Positions 14,051 through 26,023 of a stretch of 61,515 bases of DNA are shown here, piece after piece; position 1 is the first letter of the stretch, and every line of letters starts with the position of its first letter. The notes beneath the pieces were generated by a model. The model searched no databases and was not told the origin of the DNA. It saw only the letters and a list, made by a program, of their open reading frames with translations. Made by a program: the position numbers and the translations under genes. Source of the stretch: Octopus bimaculoides (Eukaryota); the NCBI RefSeq assembly GCF_001194135.2, contig NC_068982.1, forward strand, positions 173,425,354 to 173,486,868. The letters are read 5' to 3'.

Positions 14051-14184
14051 ACAAACGCACACACGCAGACGCACAAAAACTCGCACATACATACACACAA
14101 ACGCACGCACGCAGACGCACAAAAACTCGCACATACATACACACAAACGCACGCACGCAGACGCACAAAAACTCGCACATACAT
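14051..14184. repeat. 46-bp minisatellite x about 3
   Basis: Unit acaaacgcac(a/g)cacgcagacgcacaaaaactcgcacatacatacac at 14051, 14097 and 14143. Confidence 0.85.
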
Positions 14185-14710
14185 ACATACATACATACAT
14201 GCACATACACATGCATATTCTAGCGTGTTCGTACGAACAAGGCTTACACGTACAAAATAAAGTACTCGATACTTCAGGGAAGAATCACCCGTCCTTTTCT
14301 CATACAAAATACGTACATACATACGCACATACGCATGCGCGCGCTTGCAAACACACACATACATACAGTGTGTATGTATTCATGAGTGTATGTTTACAAG
14401 AATGCATGCATGTGTATGAGTGCGAAAATGTATCATACGAGTCGTCACACATGCCCAAACCCGCACGTGTACTTATGAATTTTTTTAAAGCTTGTACCCC
14501 TACCCACGCATACACATATATTTTGATAGGTAACTTGTCATCACGTTGCTGCTAGTGTCACACACACGTCATGAAAACAATTCAGTTATCTTTCGTATGC
14601 CAGCGTGAGATATTTTCTCTGGGAATCAAGAATGTACACCTGAGTTCGTTCCTTCGATGAAGCCGAAGCTTTGTTATTCCATTCTTTTTCCTTTCTTTCT
14701 TTCTTCCTTC

Positions 14711-14768
<58 letters not shown>

Positions 14769-14895
14769 ATCCCAGTTCTTTCGATTGTTAAGCTGACAAC
14801 CGAATGATTTGATAACTTGGTATATTGAAAATGCAGATCAAATTTGTATTTTGTCACCGATTGTGCTGCATTTAAGTTAATTCTAAGGTAGTATA

Positions 14896-15282
14896 AGTGG
14901 ATGCGCAATGGCCCTGTGGTTAGGGCAGCGGACTCGCGGTCATAGGATCGCGGTTTCAATTCCCAGACCGGGCATTGTGAGTGTTTATTGAGCGAAAACA
15001 CCTAAAGTTCCATGAGGCTCCTGCAGGGGATGGTGGCGAACCCTGCTGTACTCTTTCGCCATAACTTTCTCTCACTCTTTCATCCTGTTTCTGTTCTACC
15101 CGTATTTTAAAGAGTCAGCCTTGTCACACTCTGTGTCACGCTGAATCACCCCGAGAACTACGTTAAGGGTACACGTGTCTGTGGAGTGCTCAGCCACTTG
15201 CACGTTAATTTCACGAGCAGGCTGTTCTGTCGATCGGATCAACTGGAACCTTCGTCGTCGTAACCGACGGAGTGCCAAGAAG
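14896..15282 (+). mobile_element. tRNA-derived SINE family C (long-tail form), full length
   Basis: Head tggccctgtggttagggcagcggactcgcggtc...ggtttcaattccc with A-box and B-box-like motifs. 11-bp TSD aaggtagtata at 14885-14895 and 15283-15293. Confidence 0.9.
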
Positions 15283-15303
15283 AAGGTAGTATATTTCCAG
15301 CCT

Positions 15304-15520
15304 AAGGCGGCAGGCTGGCAAAATCGTTGGCGCGCCAGACAAAATGCTTAGCGGCATTTTACTGGCTTTATGTTCTGTGTTCAAATGAGGCTGAGGTTGG
15401 CTTTGCCTTTCATCATTTCAGGGTCGATAAAATAAGTATCAGTTGGGCACTTGAGTCGATGTAATCGATTAACTCCTCCCCAGAAAATTCGAGGTCTTGG
15501 TCAAATAGAAAAACAAAAAG
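15304..15520 (+). mobile_element. SINE family B, diverged copy
   Basis: aaggcggcaggctggcaaaatcgtt...ttcaaatgaggctgagg...gggtcgataaaataagta aligns with 15711-15947 and 31169-31383. Confidence 0.75.
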
Positions 15521-15710
15521 TATGATCCTACACACTTTCACTCTTCCTCAAATCTACTGTCGCCATTCACAACAGCATGTATCAAATGCAACCATGCCTC
15601 ACACTCAACAAAGTGTGTGTGTGTGTGTGTGTGGGGGGGGGGGAAACACCCAAGGAATTACATGCAACTGTCTCACAACATTCACAACACGAAATAGAAA
15701 CAATAGCATT

Positions 15711-15947
15711 AAGGTGGCGAGCTGGCACAGTCGTTAGCACGTCGGGCGAAATGATTAGCGGTATTTCGTCTGTCTTTATGCTCTGAGTTCAAATTCCGCC
15801 GAGGTCGACTTTGCCTTTCATCCTTTCGGGGTCGATAAACTAAGTACCAGTTGCGCACTGGGGTCGATATAATCGACTTAATCCGTTTGTCTGTCCTTGT
15901 TTGTACCCTCTATGTGTGACCTCTTGTGGGTAGTAAAGAAATAAGAA
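15711..15947 (+). mobile_element. SINE family B, near full length (tail type 1)
   Basis: aaggtggcgagctggca...gagttcaaattccgccgaggtcgac...ggggtcgataaactaagtaccag...cttgtgggtagtaaagaaata. Many related copies in the window. Confidence 0.9.
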
Positions 15948-17045
15948 ACTATAGCATTAGATACAAACAGGAGACTAGACTAATTGCGGATTATACCAGC
16001 CATGCCGGGACCCAAGTCTCTCCACAACAAACCACAGTAACCGACTACAATGAACTAAGAGGCAGTGCACTATGTAGCGTTGTATACTGTGCATTGACCC
16101 GCCTTACATAGTCTTAAAAATGTTAGAAATGAAAGCTTACATTGTTATGTGGGGGCATAGCGTGTTCTCACAGCAAACTTCGACCATTGCAGTTGACGTC
16201 AGCGTTTTCAAAAATCACCTCCAAACATACACACTCAAACACCAATAATAGGAGAGTATTGTAGTTTGCTTGAAGCATTGTGTATTGTTTGTAAAGAATA
16301 AAAAGTTTAGAATGGTACAGCAATGCACTATAAAACAAAAAATGGACTATACACCTGTTGTAATTTGGTTATCTATAGTCCGATGATATTTCGGAATTAC
16401 AATTCCTTCTTCAGATCTTTTAAACTTTTATTCTTTACAACCAATAATAGTGCAAAAGCAACATCCTAAAAACACTATCTCTCCCACTTAAACCATGCAA
16501 ACATATAACACGTTTACACACAAGAAGAGCATCGTTAGCACCGAACCCTTTGTTAGGATGGCCCCACCCACAAGAAAATGTGCAAAATTCGGAGAAACTA
16601 CCGGATTTTAAACGATTTCACCTCGGACCGCCTTTGCTCTGGTCACCATTAGGATGTACATGCATACAGAAACAGATTGTCACACTTGACTTTATACCAA
16701 TGCTCATGTCCAAGTGTACCGTAAGATTTCACAGTTAGACAGCCGCATAGAATGTCTAGCTGTGTTTAGCTGCCGACTATCAAAGCTGACTCAGGGTTAC
16801 AAATAATACTAGTCCTATACAACAATAAAATAAGTGGATGGTCATAGTTGGAACGCCTTTGATTCAAGGCTTATTTGATTTGAGATTTTCTTGAGGCAAG
16901 TCAGCATGTATACAAATGCATAACACTAGTGTGTCTAAATCGTTAGATTTTTGTGAATGAATTTCTGTGCTTATAGGATGTTTGTATATCGAAACGCGCG
17001 TGCATGTGCGATGAGTGTGTGCATGTGGTGGTGGTGGTGGTGGTG

Positions 17046-17080
<35 letters not shown>

Positions 17081-17284
17081 CATGTACAGAATCATATTTC
17101 TATGTATATAGTTTCGCTATGAAATTTTTTCCCCATTACGGCCTTTTCGCAGTTTGGGATGGAACCGATCGTCTTTGTTGTTACTCAACCATTAAGATCA
17201 GCTTGTCTCTTTTCTTTCTTTTTGTTGCAAAATGACAAGCGTAAATAGAAAACTATTTATTTAAAAGTAATTATATACCTAGGC

Positions 17285-17460
17285 TAAGCGGTGATCATGT
17301 AGAATCTTTAGCGCGTCGGACAAAATGCTTAGTGGTATTTCTTCCGATCCTTTACGTTCCGAGTTCAAATACCGCCGGTTCATAAAATAAAGCACCCTTC
17401 AAGTACTACGGTCGATGGAATCGACTTGTTCTTCTGTCCTAAACTTGCAAGCCTTGAACC
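17285..17460 (+). mobile_element. SINE family B, diverged
   Basis: ttagcgcgtcggacaaaatgcttagtggtattt...ccgagttcaaataccgcc. Confidence 0.65.
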
Positions 17461-17984
17461 TTGTCGATTAGGGTCTACTTACTAGTTCATTAAGTGCTGA
17501 TAGATTTATGAGTAATATATAGATTCATGCTGTGGGTTTTTTGTTAATCTTTTCGGCTTCACAGTTGTTTTCAGCTTTTAAAGAGCTGTTGTGTTTCTTG
17601 TTAATAATGGAGAACTATAGGTGGTACACTTGTGTTTTTTCATTGTTTTCTCTATGGTCATTACAGTTTTAATTGTGCTAAATTTTTATATTCCCGGTGA
17701 CCCACATCCACCCAGCCTCGAACTTACATCGTTATTGCACTGGTGGTCAGCCTTAAGTTTCTTTGCGAATACCCCCAAGACATATTTTGGTATTTAATTC
17801 AAAATACCTTGTTCTTGATTAAAATAATTGGAGATTCCGAAGGATCTTATTATATTCTGCACGGTCTTGCCACTATAGTTAGATTGAGTGTTATATTATG
17901 TTTTACTTGCAAGTTATCTTTAATTTTTATTGATATCACTATATCTTTTAATCGTTTACATATTGGTTTTAAATTTTGATACAA

Positions 17985-18150
17985 AGCCAACACTTTTAGG
18001 GGATGGAGTAAATGAATTATGCCGACCCCAGTATTTTACTTTTATCGGCCCCGAAAGGATGAAAGGCAAAATCGACTTCGCGGAATTTGAACTCAGAACG
18101 TACAAAGAACTGCCGTTAACCACCTACTAATGATTCTACCAGCTCAGCGC
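17985..18150 (-). mobile_element. SINE family B fragment
   Basis: gaccccagtatt...ttatcggccccgaaaggatgaaaggcaaaatcgacttcgcggaatttgaactcagaacg is the reverse complement of the family B core. Confidence 0.75.
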
Positions 18151-18547
18151 ATTTCTTTTATTTTTACATATTAATCAGTAGAAATAGTTCTACCTGTTCC
18201 CTCTAATTTTTTCTTTGTTCCATGACGGAAAATTTCCTTCAACTTTTTCTTTTAGATATGAATATAGCGTATGTGACTCTAATGAGATCAAGTCCAGCTT
18301 ACCTAGATATTTTACTGCTATACAAATAAATGATTTCATTCAGTCCGATGATCTTCTGATAGTTTGTTTCACAGGACAGAATTTCTGGCGGAGACACGTT
18401 TGATCTATTTATTCTTTCGTAGAGCTACTTGCTCACGGGAAACTTAAGCAAAGGCTTCTGTTGGACTCTGTTCACTGGATTTGCTAAGCTCTCTTCTATG
18501 TTTTTTTTTGTTTCTGTTAGATTATTCTCAATATGCATCTTTGCTTT

Positions 18548-18770
18548 AAAGAGGCGAGTTCGTAGGATCGTTACAACATCGGGAGAAGTGCTTAGCGACG
18601 TTTCAACCGAATTTACGTCCTGAGTTCGAATACCACCGTGATCAGCTTTGCCTTTTGTCTCTTCGGGGTCGATAAGATAAGTACCAGTTGAGCACTAGGG
18701 TCAAAGTAATCCACTTACCTCTCCGCTACAAATTGCTGGCCTTGTGCCAACATTTGAAACCATTATGAAT
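18548..18770 (+). mobile_element. SINE family B (tail type 2)
   Basis: aggcgagttcgtaggatcgtt...ctgagttcgaatacc...cggggtcgataagataagtaccag...gccttgtgcc. Confidence 0.7.
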
Positions 18771-19399
18771 TTTTGCTTTATTTATAGCGGTATGTTTGTT
18801 TATTGTTTCTTGTTATTTTCAGATATTTTTAGATATTCTGGGGTTAATTATTTTTACCTCTCCATTTTAATTTGTTGTAATGACTGGTTTTGTGTGGCGA
18901 GTTCTGTAATATAATCACTGGCTTTTAAGGACCCATTTCTTGTTTTCTTTTGCTGTATTGTTTCTTTCATTAGTAGGGGCTCATGTGTTTTGTGAGTACT
19001 GCGCTCTGTTGTAAAGTTTTCTTGGATCTGTGGGAGCTTGTGCAAGGTCGGTCGCTTTGTTTCATTATTTAGCGTTTATTTCTGCTTTGAGATCTTTAAC
19101 TGTATATTATGAATCTTCATACCATCGCTGGTAAAGTTTCCTTTCTTTCCTCCTTTTTCTTTTCTCTTTGTAGTACTCATGTTTGTTGAATACAGTATGG
19201 ACATAAAATATAGATGAAAATTTTCATCGTATTGTTCATAGTTCAAACATTCTTTTTAATTTATGTTTATTTTTGTGGACTCTGCAGTACAAAGTGACCC
19301 TTTTGGTTGAGAATCAATCCTTTCTAAGAATTCTGCTATCCTTTACGGAAGCAATGATTTTAATTTCTAATCTTGCTTCATTCTGACCAATTGCACTAT

Positions 19400-19750
19400 G
19401 CAGTTCTGAGTTCAAATCGCGAGGAGGTAAACTTTGCTTTTTATCATCTCGAGGTCGATAATATAGAGTAACTGTGAAACACGGGGATTGATGGTATCAG
19501 CTAAACACCCATTCCCTCAGAATAACTGGTCTTATGCTAAAAATCGTAAGCATTATCGTTGTTTGATTTATAATGCGCCGAGCTTGCAGAATCGTTGATA
19601 CGCTGGACAAAATCCTTAGAAGTATTTTTTCCCGGTTTGACATTCCGAATTCAGATTCCATCAAAATGGACTTTGCCTGTCATCTTTTAAGTTCCAGGCC
19701 AGCACTGTCCCCACAAAATTTCAGGCTTTGTGCTTATAGTAGAAAGAATT
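19400..19750 (+). mobile_element. Two adjacent diverged SINE family B copies
   Basis: ttctgagttcaaatcgcgaggagg...gaggtcgata (about 19400-19560) and gccgagcttgcagaatcgttgatacgctggacaaaat (about 19575-19750). Confidence 0.6.
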
Positions 19751-19800
19751 ATTTTCGTCTGATTCATTGATGCGTTTTTAAGTAGTATCGGCTACTTTAC

Positions 19801-20031
19801 TGTAAGTTGGTTTTGTTCAGGATGGTATAATAAATGATGTCCAAGCACGCACTGCGGTTGCGACATGCACAGAAATCCAGAAATACATGTCAAGTGATAC
19901 ATATTTCCCTCGTTCAATTCTTTGTCCAAGCTGCAGTTTCCGATTAGACTGCGGTTGGACGTTTGCATCTGGAATATAATTATGCCATCGCAGTAATTTC
20001 TGTATTTTAGCAATTCCAAGATGTCTAACTT
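19801..20031 (-). CDS. Candidate 231-nt phase 0-0 exon of an unidentified, possibly extracellular protein
   Basis: T-rich acceptor tttgtttattggtttgtag, then an open 77-codon frame KLDILELLKYRNYCDG...HPEQNQLT, then donor ACA/GTAAAG. No homology recognised. Confidence 0.3.
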
Positions 20032-20140
20032 CTACAAACCAATAAACAAAGCCATTTCAAGTATGGTAATCCCACCTTTTAATACTTGAGGGATTATGCA
20101 GTTCAATATGTACTTCCTTTTCAAAGAGAGTAAGATGGGA

Positions 20141-20355
20141 TTTAGTATTTAAACCTGCCATATCCTCACAAAATAGTCAACCTGTTTTATGCTCAAATTG
20201 GCAAGATATAGCGTCTTGCATCAATCCTACAATATCATTCTAAAAATTAACAGTTACCTCATCAAAATCTCAAAGCTATAAAATAATGAGCAATTCAAAA
20301 TAGTGTGAATAAATTAGCATTACTTTTGACAGAATGATGTGAATGCTAAAGGGTT
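20141..20355. mobile_element. Non-autonomous DNA element, possibly piggyBac-like, with a decayed left end
   Basis: The right end gaatgctaaagggtt is mirrored by a degenerate left end tttagtattt. The family is recognised from recall of octopus repeats, and no intact TTAA TSD is present. Confidence 0.45.
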
Positions 20356-20409
20356 GGGAAATCAGTCTGCTACATTTGGTCGGTCGAGCTACCACGCAGT
20401 CTCTGTAGT

Positions 20410-20630
20410 TGGTTAATGGGATAATGTTTAACCCAAGTCACACCTGATCGAGTAAACCTGTGACCAAAGATGTCCTAGCAGTGACCACCCCATCCTTTTC
20501 CAGATATATTATGCAATGTTACCTTTTTTTTTTTTCTTGAAACGGTAAAATGTACTTTGAGGGTGGTTTTTTTACTATTATTAGCCGGCTGGTAGACCGC
20601 GTAGAGATATCTTTGGTTTTTATTCATGAG
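20410..20630 (+). repeat. Old interspersed repeat family D
   Basis: cctgatcgag...gtgacca and later ctattattagc. Similar decayed segments lie near 38480-38670 and 42140-42350, and reversed near 34300-34470 and 37800-37930. Confidence 0.45.
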
Positions 20631-20699
20631 ATATAGCTGCTGGCGCATATAAAATATGCAGAATATTCGTAAAGCGTGACAGTGCTCTAGCTTTTAGTA

Positions 20700-21025
20700 T
20701 AGGGGTTCTCAACCATTTTTAAATCTATGGACCCCTTTGATTACTATTTTATTCTGGTGGACCCCCATAGCCATTCAATGTTTAAAAACTAGTTCAATAG
20801 AAACTTCTTTTAAAATTCCTATTTTGTCGTTCTCACAATAACTTGTGTGAGTTGAATTATGTAAAATGTTAGAGAAAGAAATCTAGCTGTTTCTTGCAAT
20901 ACATACCAATACATACATCTAAAACAAAATTTTTCAGGGGCCCTGAAAATAATTTTGTGGGTCCCAATTTGTTGCATGGACCACTCAAAATCTTACTGTA
21001 TATGGACCCCAGTTGAGAAGCAACG
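20700..21025. mobile_element. Older hAT-type MITE related to 13155-13462
   Basis: Left end taggggttctcaacc, decayed right end cagttgagaagcaacg, internal tggacccc motifs. Flanking 8-mers ttttagta / ttctagtg match at 6 of 8 positions. Confidence 0.65.
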
Positions 21026-21350
21026 TTCTAGTGGTAACCTGGCCGTGAAAAAAAGAGATAGTTCTGTTGACAGGAACCGTGGCATAAAATCCCTGTTAAG
21101 AGTTTCTTCAACCGAATTTTAAAGCTATCTTTAACCACCTTTAGCGGCATAATTGAACTGAGTTCGCTTCACACGTGAATCGAAATCAGTTCATTTTATT
21201 TTCTCACCGGGAACAATCATCGTCAACTCAATTTTTTTTTATCACTGTGTCTAATATACGTATATTTTGACAAGACAATGAGATAAAAGGAAAGAACAGA
21301 AGGGGGAAAACAGCAACATTTTCCGCTCTAGTCAGCTACATACATACAAA

Positions 21351-21386
<36 letters not shown>

Positions 21387-21388
21387 AA

Positions 21389-21494
<106 letters not shown>

Positions 21495-21915
21495 AACAGA
21501 TAGATAGATAGATAGATAGATGCACAAATGAACTGTCAACCATTCCGTTACATGGATATATTCATTTTAATTTATTTTTTATTATTTTCCTTTTGCCACT
21601 TTAGAATGGTAAACTATCTGATATTCCAGAGCTATCATGGATTGTAAAATAAAATGTTTTGACTATTTGCAGTTGATCGATTGACAGCCAGGTGAAAGGT
21701 TATAAAAAGGAAAGAAAAAATGCAACAACTCTCCTGTGAGAACACGTAAAGGATTCTGTGTACGTACGTATGAATTGAAATTTATTATATATAGCACACT
21801 GACTCAGACACACATATATACACACATACAAATACTCATATGCACACTTATATCCGTTTGTGCCTGTGTGTGCCTGAGTCTGTATGATTTATAAACCCGA
21901 CTACACACACACAGA

Positions 21916-21950
<35 letters not shown>

Positions 21951-22150
21951 GGTTGAATATGGTACTTATGCGTAGGCACCCGAATATCGTATCCCAAAAG
22001 GATAGGTGATCAAAATCAAAAAATAAGCAACACGGATTTCAAAGGTGATTGCAGTACGCACGTTTCATGCTACTTCAATTTATTTAAGTAATGCGAGCAT
22101 TACCTTAAATGCAATATGAAGAGCAATCTTCAGCTGCACGAAAATGCTAT

Positions 22151-22278
22151 ATATTATAGTAGGGTAGACCGGTTTATGGGGTTACCCATGGTTTCTCGCT
22201 CATGGCGTATCTTCAGACCCCAAACACTGCGAGAAACCCAGGGTAACCCCGTAAACCGGCCTACACCAACTATAATAT
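22151..22278. repeat. Foldback element with about 50-bp imperfect inverted arms
   Basis: atattatagt..gtagaccggtttatggggttacccatggtttctcgc / gcgagaaacccagggtaaccccgtaaaccggcctac..actataatat, with a 28-nt spacer. Confidence 0.85.
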
Positions 22279-22332
22279 TAACTGCTCTACATTTTAGAGT
22301 GTGCTTTCTCCTCCGGATTTATGTATTTCTAC

Positions 22333-22452
22333 AAAAGGTGGAACTATAAATGTTTATATACAATTTAACATCACGCTTACTTGTGGAAATAAAGGAATAT
22401 TGTTTTAAAAAAATTGTTAAATTGTATATAAACATTTATAGTTCCACCTTTT
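22333..22452. repeat. Perfect 38-bp inverted repeat with 44-nt spacer
   Basis: aaaaggtggaactataaatgtttatatacaatttaaca (22333-22370) and its exact reverse complement (22415-22452). Confidence 0.9.
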
Positions 22453-22540
22453 TAAAAATGTGAATTAGTAAATGCTCTGTAGTGTGATCGATTGATAAGT
22501 GGTTTGCACCCCGTTAGCAATCGGATCGAATCTATATCTA

Positions 22541-22756
22541 CGAGGGATGCTGAAAAGCCCCTGGCTTTAAGGGTATCGCGAAAGGCCTGACTAGAGGCTC
22601 AACCTTCCGAGTTCTTTTACATGGTTTAGAAAAACTGTAGGATTGTTACAATAAGTGTGTGAATATAAGAGGGTGATATGATGAATAAAATCATAATTAA
22701 CTGATCCTCCTGTATCTTCTTTTACCCAGAGCCAGGAATTTTTAAGCACTCCGTCG
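22541..22756 (+). mobile_element. Mariner-derived MITE
   Basis: TA-flanked, with imperfect TIRs cgagggatgctgaaaagccctggct / agccaggaatttttaagcactccgtcg. The interior keeps GLEKL*DCYNKCVNIRG*YDE*, which resembles the mariner transposase C-terminus. Confidence 0.85.
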
Positions 22757-23093
22757 TATATATGTGTAGATATAGATATTATGTTCTATATATCGCATAT
22801 AGATTGAATTTTATATGTGAATGCAGTGTTCATGTAAATGAAAGGCGCATACTTGCAAATACACATGCACACGCACATATTCACAAACATGCACATTCAC
22901 ACATTATATATGTATCTAGTGACATTGCAATCGATATAAAGATAAAAAGATAGATCGATAAGTATGTCAGTATACATAATACATACACACATACAAATGT
23001 AACCGCACGTGGACTTAGCCTTTCATCCTGTCGAGGTCGGTAAATTAAGTACCAGTGAAACACAGGTGTGGTATATATATCTATGTATATATA

Positions 23094-23124
<31 letters not shown>

Positions 23125-23484
23125 NNNNNNNNNNNNNNNNNNNNNNNNNNNNNNNNNNNNNNNNNNNNNNNNNNNNNNNNNNNNNNNNNNNNNNNNNNNN
23201 NNNNNNNNNNNNNNNNNNNNNNNNNNNNNNNNNNNNNNNNNNNNNNNNNNNNNNNNNNNNNNNNNNNNNNNNNNNNNNNNNNNNNNNNNNNNNNNNNNNN
23301 NNNNNNNNNNNNNNNNNNNNNNNNNNNNNNNNNNNNNNNNNNNNNNNNNNNNNNNNNNNNNNNNNNNNNNNNNNNNNNNNNNNNNNNNNNNNNNNNNNNN
23401 NNNNNNNNNNNNNNNNNNNNNNNNTATATATATATAGTATTAGTAATGATAAGGAGATTTTTACATCCATAATTTTATTAAAAA

Positions 23485-23621
23485 TTATTTACACCATCTT
23501 TATCTGGACTTACGCACGTTTCAACTGCACCGACCATGACACCAGGCTGCATATATATAACAGTGTACAGTTGATGCAGTTGAAACGCGCGTAAGGTCCA
23601 GCAAAAGGATGTTGTAAGTAA
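23485..23621. repeat. Foldback element with about 45-bp imperfect arms
   Basis: ctggacttacgcacgtttcaactgca versus tgcagttgaaacgcgcgtaaggtccag, extending outward with mismatches. Confidence 0.8.
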
Positions 23622-23850
23622 CTGCTTAATAGAATTATGGATGTGAAAAACCTCCGTTCTTTTTAACATTATCAATACTATTACTTACTCTACGGAAACT
23701 ATGCAGTCCTGGATAGGACACACGGACTTACCAAGCGAGAATAGTTATCAGAGTCTAGCAACTATTTGTTAACTTGGGTATCACTAAAGGACTATTAAAA
23801 CACAGTAACTGTCAGGATAATATATCCCTTTAAACTCACACACACACACG

Positions 23851-23898
<48 letters not shown>

Positions 23899-24018
23899 AA
23901 CAAACAAACACACACATACACACACATATATGTGTGCGTGTATATATGTTTTTATCTGTGTGTACGTGTGTATATATGTGTGCACATGTATGCAACTGTG
24001 TATTTGCGTGGAGAGAGC

Positions 24019-24051
<33 letters not shown>

Positions 24052-24817
24052 AGGGAGAGAGAGTGGGCTTAAATGCTTCTCAAATATAGCGAAAGTATTT
24101 CAAAGTAGAAGATATTATCAAATGTCTCGAAAGAAATGAGCAAATTAATATGTAGTACTATAAATATGGTATTACATGTGTGCACATTTGTTTCTCTGTT
24201 TGTGCGCGCACGCGTGTGTGTAACAGAATGTGAATGAGAGAGATAAGGAGAGACAGAGTCAAGTATGGTAGAGAATAATACCTAGTTTGGGGAGTTATAG
24301 AAAACAATTTGGATACAGGCGGTGGTAGAAGACAGTCACGGTCTATAGGGCACAAATTTCAAACGATAATTGAATACGTTTTTCTCTCTAGGGTGAATTA
24401 TTCATGAAATAACCCCCCATAAATTGCAATTAGAATCATCTCAGCAGACAAAATACATACTTTTAAATGGCATGTGCATAAATCCCACTGGTCACTTTTT
24501 ACGTTCGATAATTCTGTGAACCGTTGATTTGACCGCTTGAACCATCGATATGTTCCCTTTGAACTCAAACGTCCAACGAGAATATTATTTTAGCCATCTC
24601 AGCTTAGGCCATATTGGAGAACCACCAACCATTGTTCACGAATGTGAACATAGTAGGTGGTCAAACACTAGAAAATTACGTATATCCAAGTATATTCCGA
24701 ATTTTAAACGCACATAAATTCTATAAACTAGTATTCTTTCGGTTTCACGGTGGAGTTAAGCGGAAGGAAAATGTTTTATTAGAATTTGCTTTCTGCATGC
24801 CGTTTTTTAAAAATCTT

Positions 24818-25039
24818 TTAATCTTTTACTAGTTTCAGTCATTAGACTGCAGCCATGCTGGGGCACCACCTTGTAGAAGTATAGTCGAACGAATCGACCC
24901 CAGTACTTATTTTTTAAGCATAGTACTTATTCTTCCGGTCTCTTTTGCCAAACTGCTAAGTTACGGTGACGTAAACACACCAATACTGGTTGTCGCATAG
25001 TGATGGGGGGGGGGGCAAACACACAGATACACATACACG

Positions 25040-25082
<43 letters not shown>

Positions 25083-25233
25083 GACGGGCTTCTATCATTT
25101 TCTGTCGACCACAAGGTTTTCCTTGGCTTCTATCTTCCATAGCCTCGGGCTATAGTGGAAAACACTTGCCCAAGGTATGGTGTCATGCAATGGGACTGAA
25201 CCCAGAACCATATGGTCGAGAAGCAAACTTCTT
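24818..25233 (-). mobile_element. SINE family A, near full length, with central (TA)n
   Basis: Tail, central microsatellite and tRNA-like head are all present in reverse orientation. Confidence 0.85.
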
Positions 25234-25689
25234 CAGAAATCTCAATATATCCATATCTGGATGATAGTGAATGATAAATATTAAGGTGTATGTCTCACGC
25301 AGGTTGACTTTTGCTTTTCAAGTACTGCAGAAAGTTGTCTCCCAATCTAGCCGCAGTTCAAAGACTGAAACCATTAAAGAATATATTTCATGTAAAACTT
25401 TAATAAGACGTTATTTTTATAAAAGGAGAAACTACCNNNNNNNNNNNNNNNNNNNNNNNNNNNNNNNNNNNNNNNNNNNNNNNNNNNNNNNNNNNNNNNN
25501 NNNNNNNNNNNNNNNNNNNNNNNNNNNNNNNNNNNNNNNNNNNNNNNNNNNNNNNNNNNNNNNNNNNNNNNNNNNNNNNNNNNNNNNNNNNNNNNNNNNN
25601 NNNNNNNNNNNNNNNNNNNNNNNNNNNNNNNNNNNNNNNNNNNNNNNNNNNNNNNNNNNNNNNNNNNNNNNNNNNNNNNNNNNNNNNAT

Positions 25690-25860
25690 ATGAAATGAAG
25701 TATTGAATGTCTTATTGAATAAATGAAATATTGAGACATTTCTGTCACATGGGACCTTGAAGACTGCTAGAAAGCAGGAAAGTATACTAGTCCTTCAATA
25801 CTTAATATTTAATATTCAATATTTCATTTATTCAATAAGACATTCAATACTTCATTTCAT
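25690..25860. repeat. Perfect 45-bp inverted repeat beside a gap
   Basis: 25690-25734 is the exact reverse complement of 25816-25860, with an 81-nt spacer. Confidence 0.85.
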
Positions 25861-26023
25861 TTTACTATATATACTATATATTCTATATCCCACATTAATT
25901 TTATAAGAATATAAATAAAACATAAATAACAGACAGAGTTGGAATTCTTTTGAATAATATATTTTCTCTATACACTGTCATACAAACCCCTTTTTAATTA
26001 TATATATATATATATATAAATAT

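Noticed and set aside
14897-14975. tRNA-like sequences at SINE heads (also at 59060-59139, 2390-2460 and 40470-40538)
   Set aside because: They are continuous with SINE bodies, are multi-copy and lack a complete cloverleaf. They are not tRNA genes.
18780-19350. A-rich minus-strand stretch resembling a retroelement ORF
   Set aside because: No diagnostic motif was found, so the family cannot be assigned.
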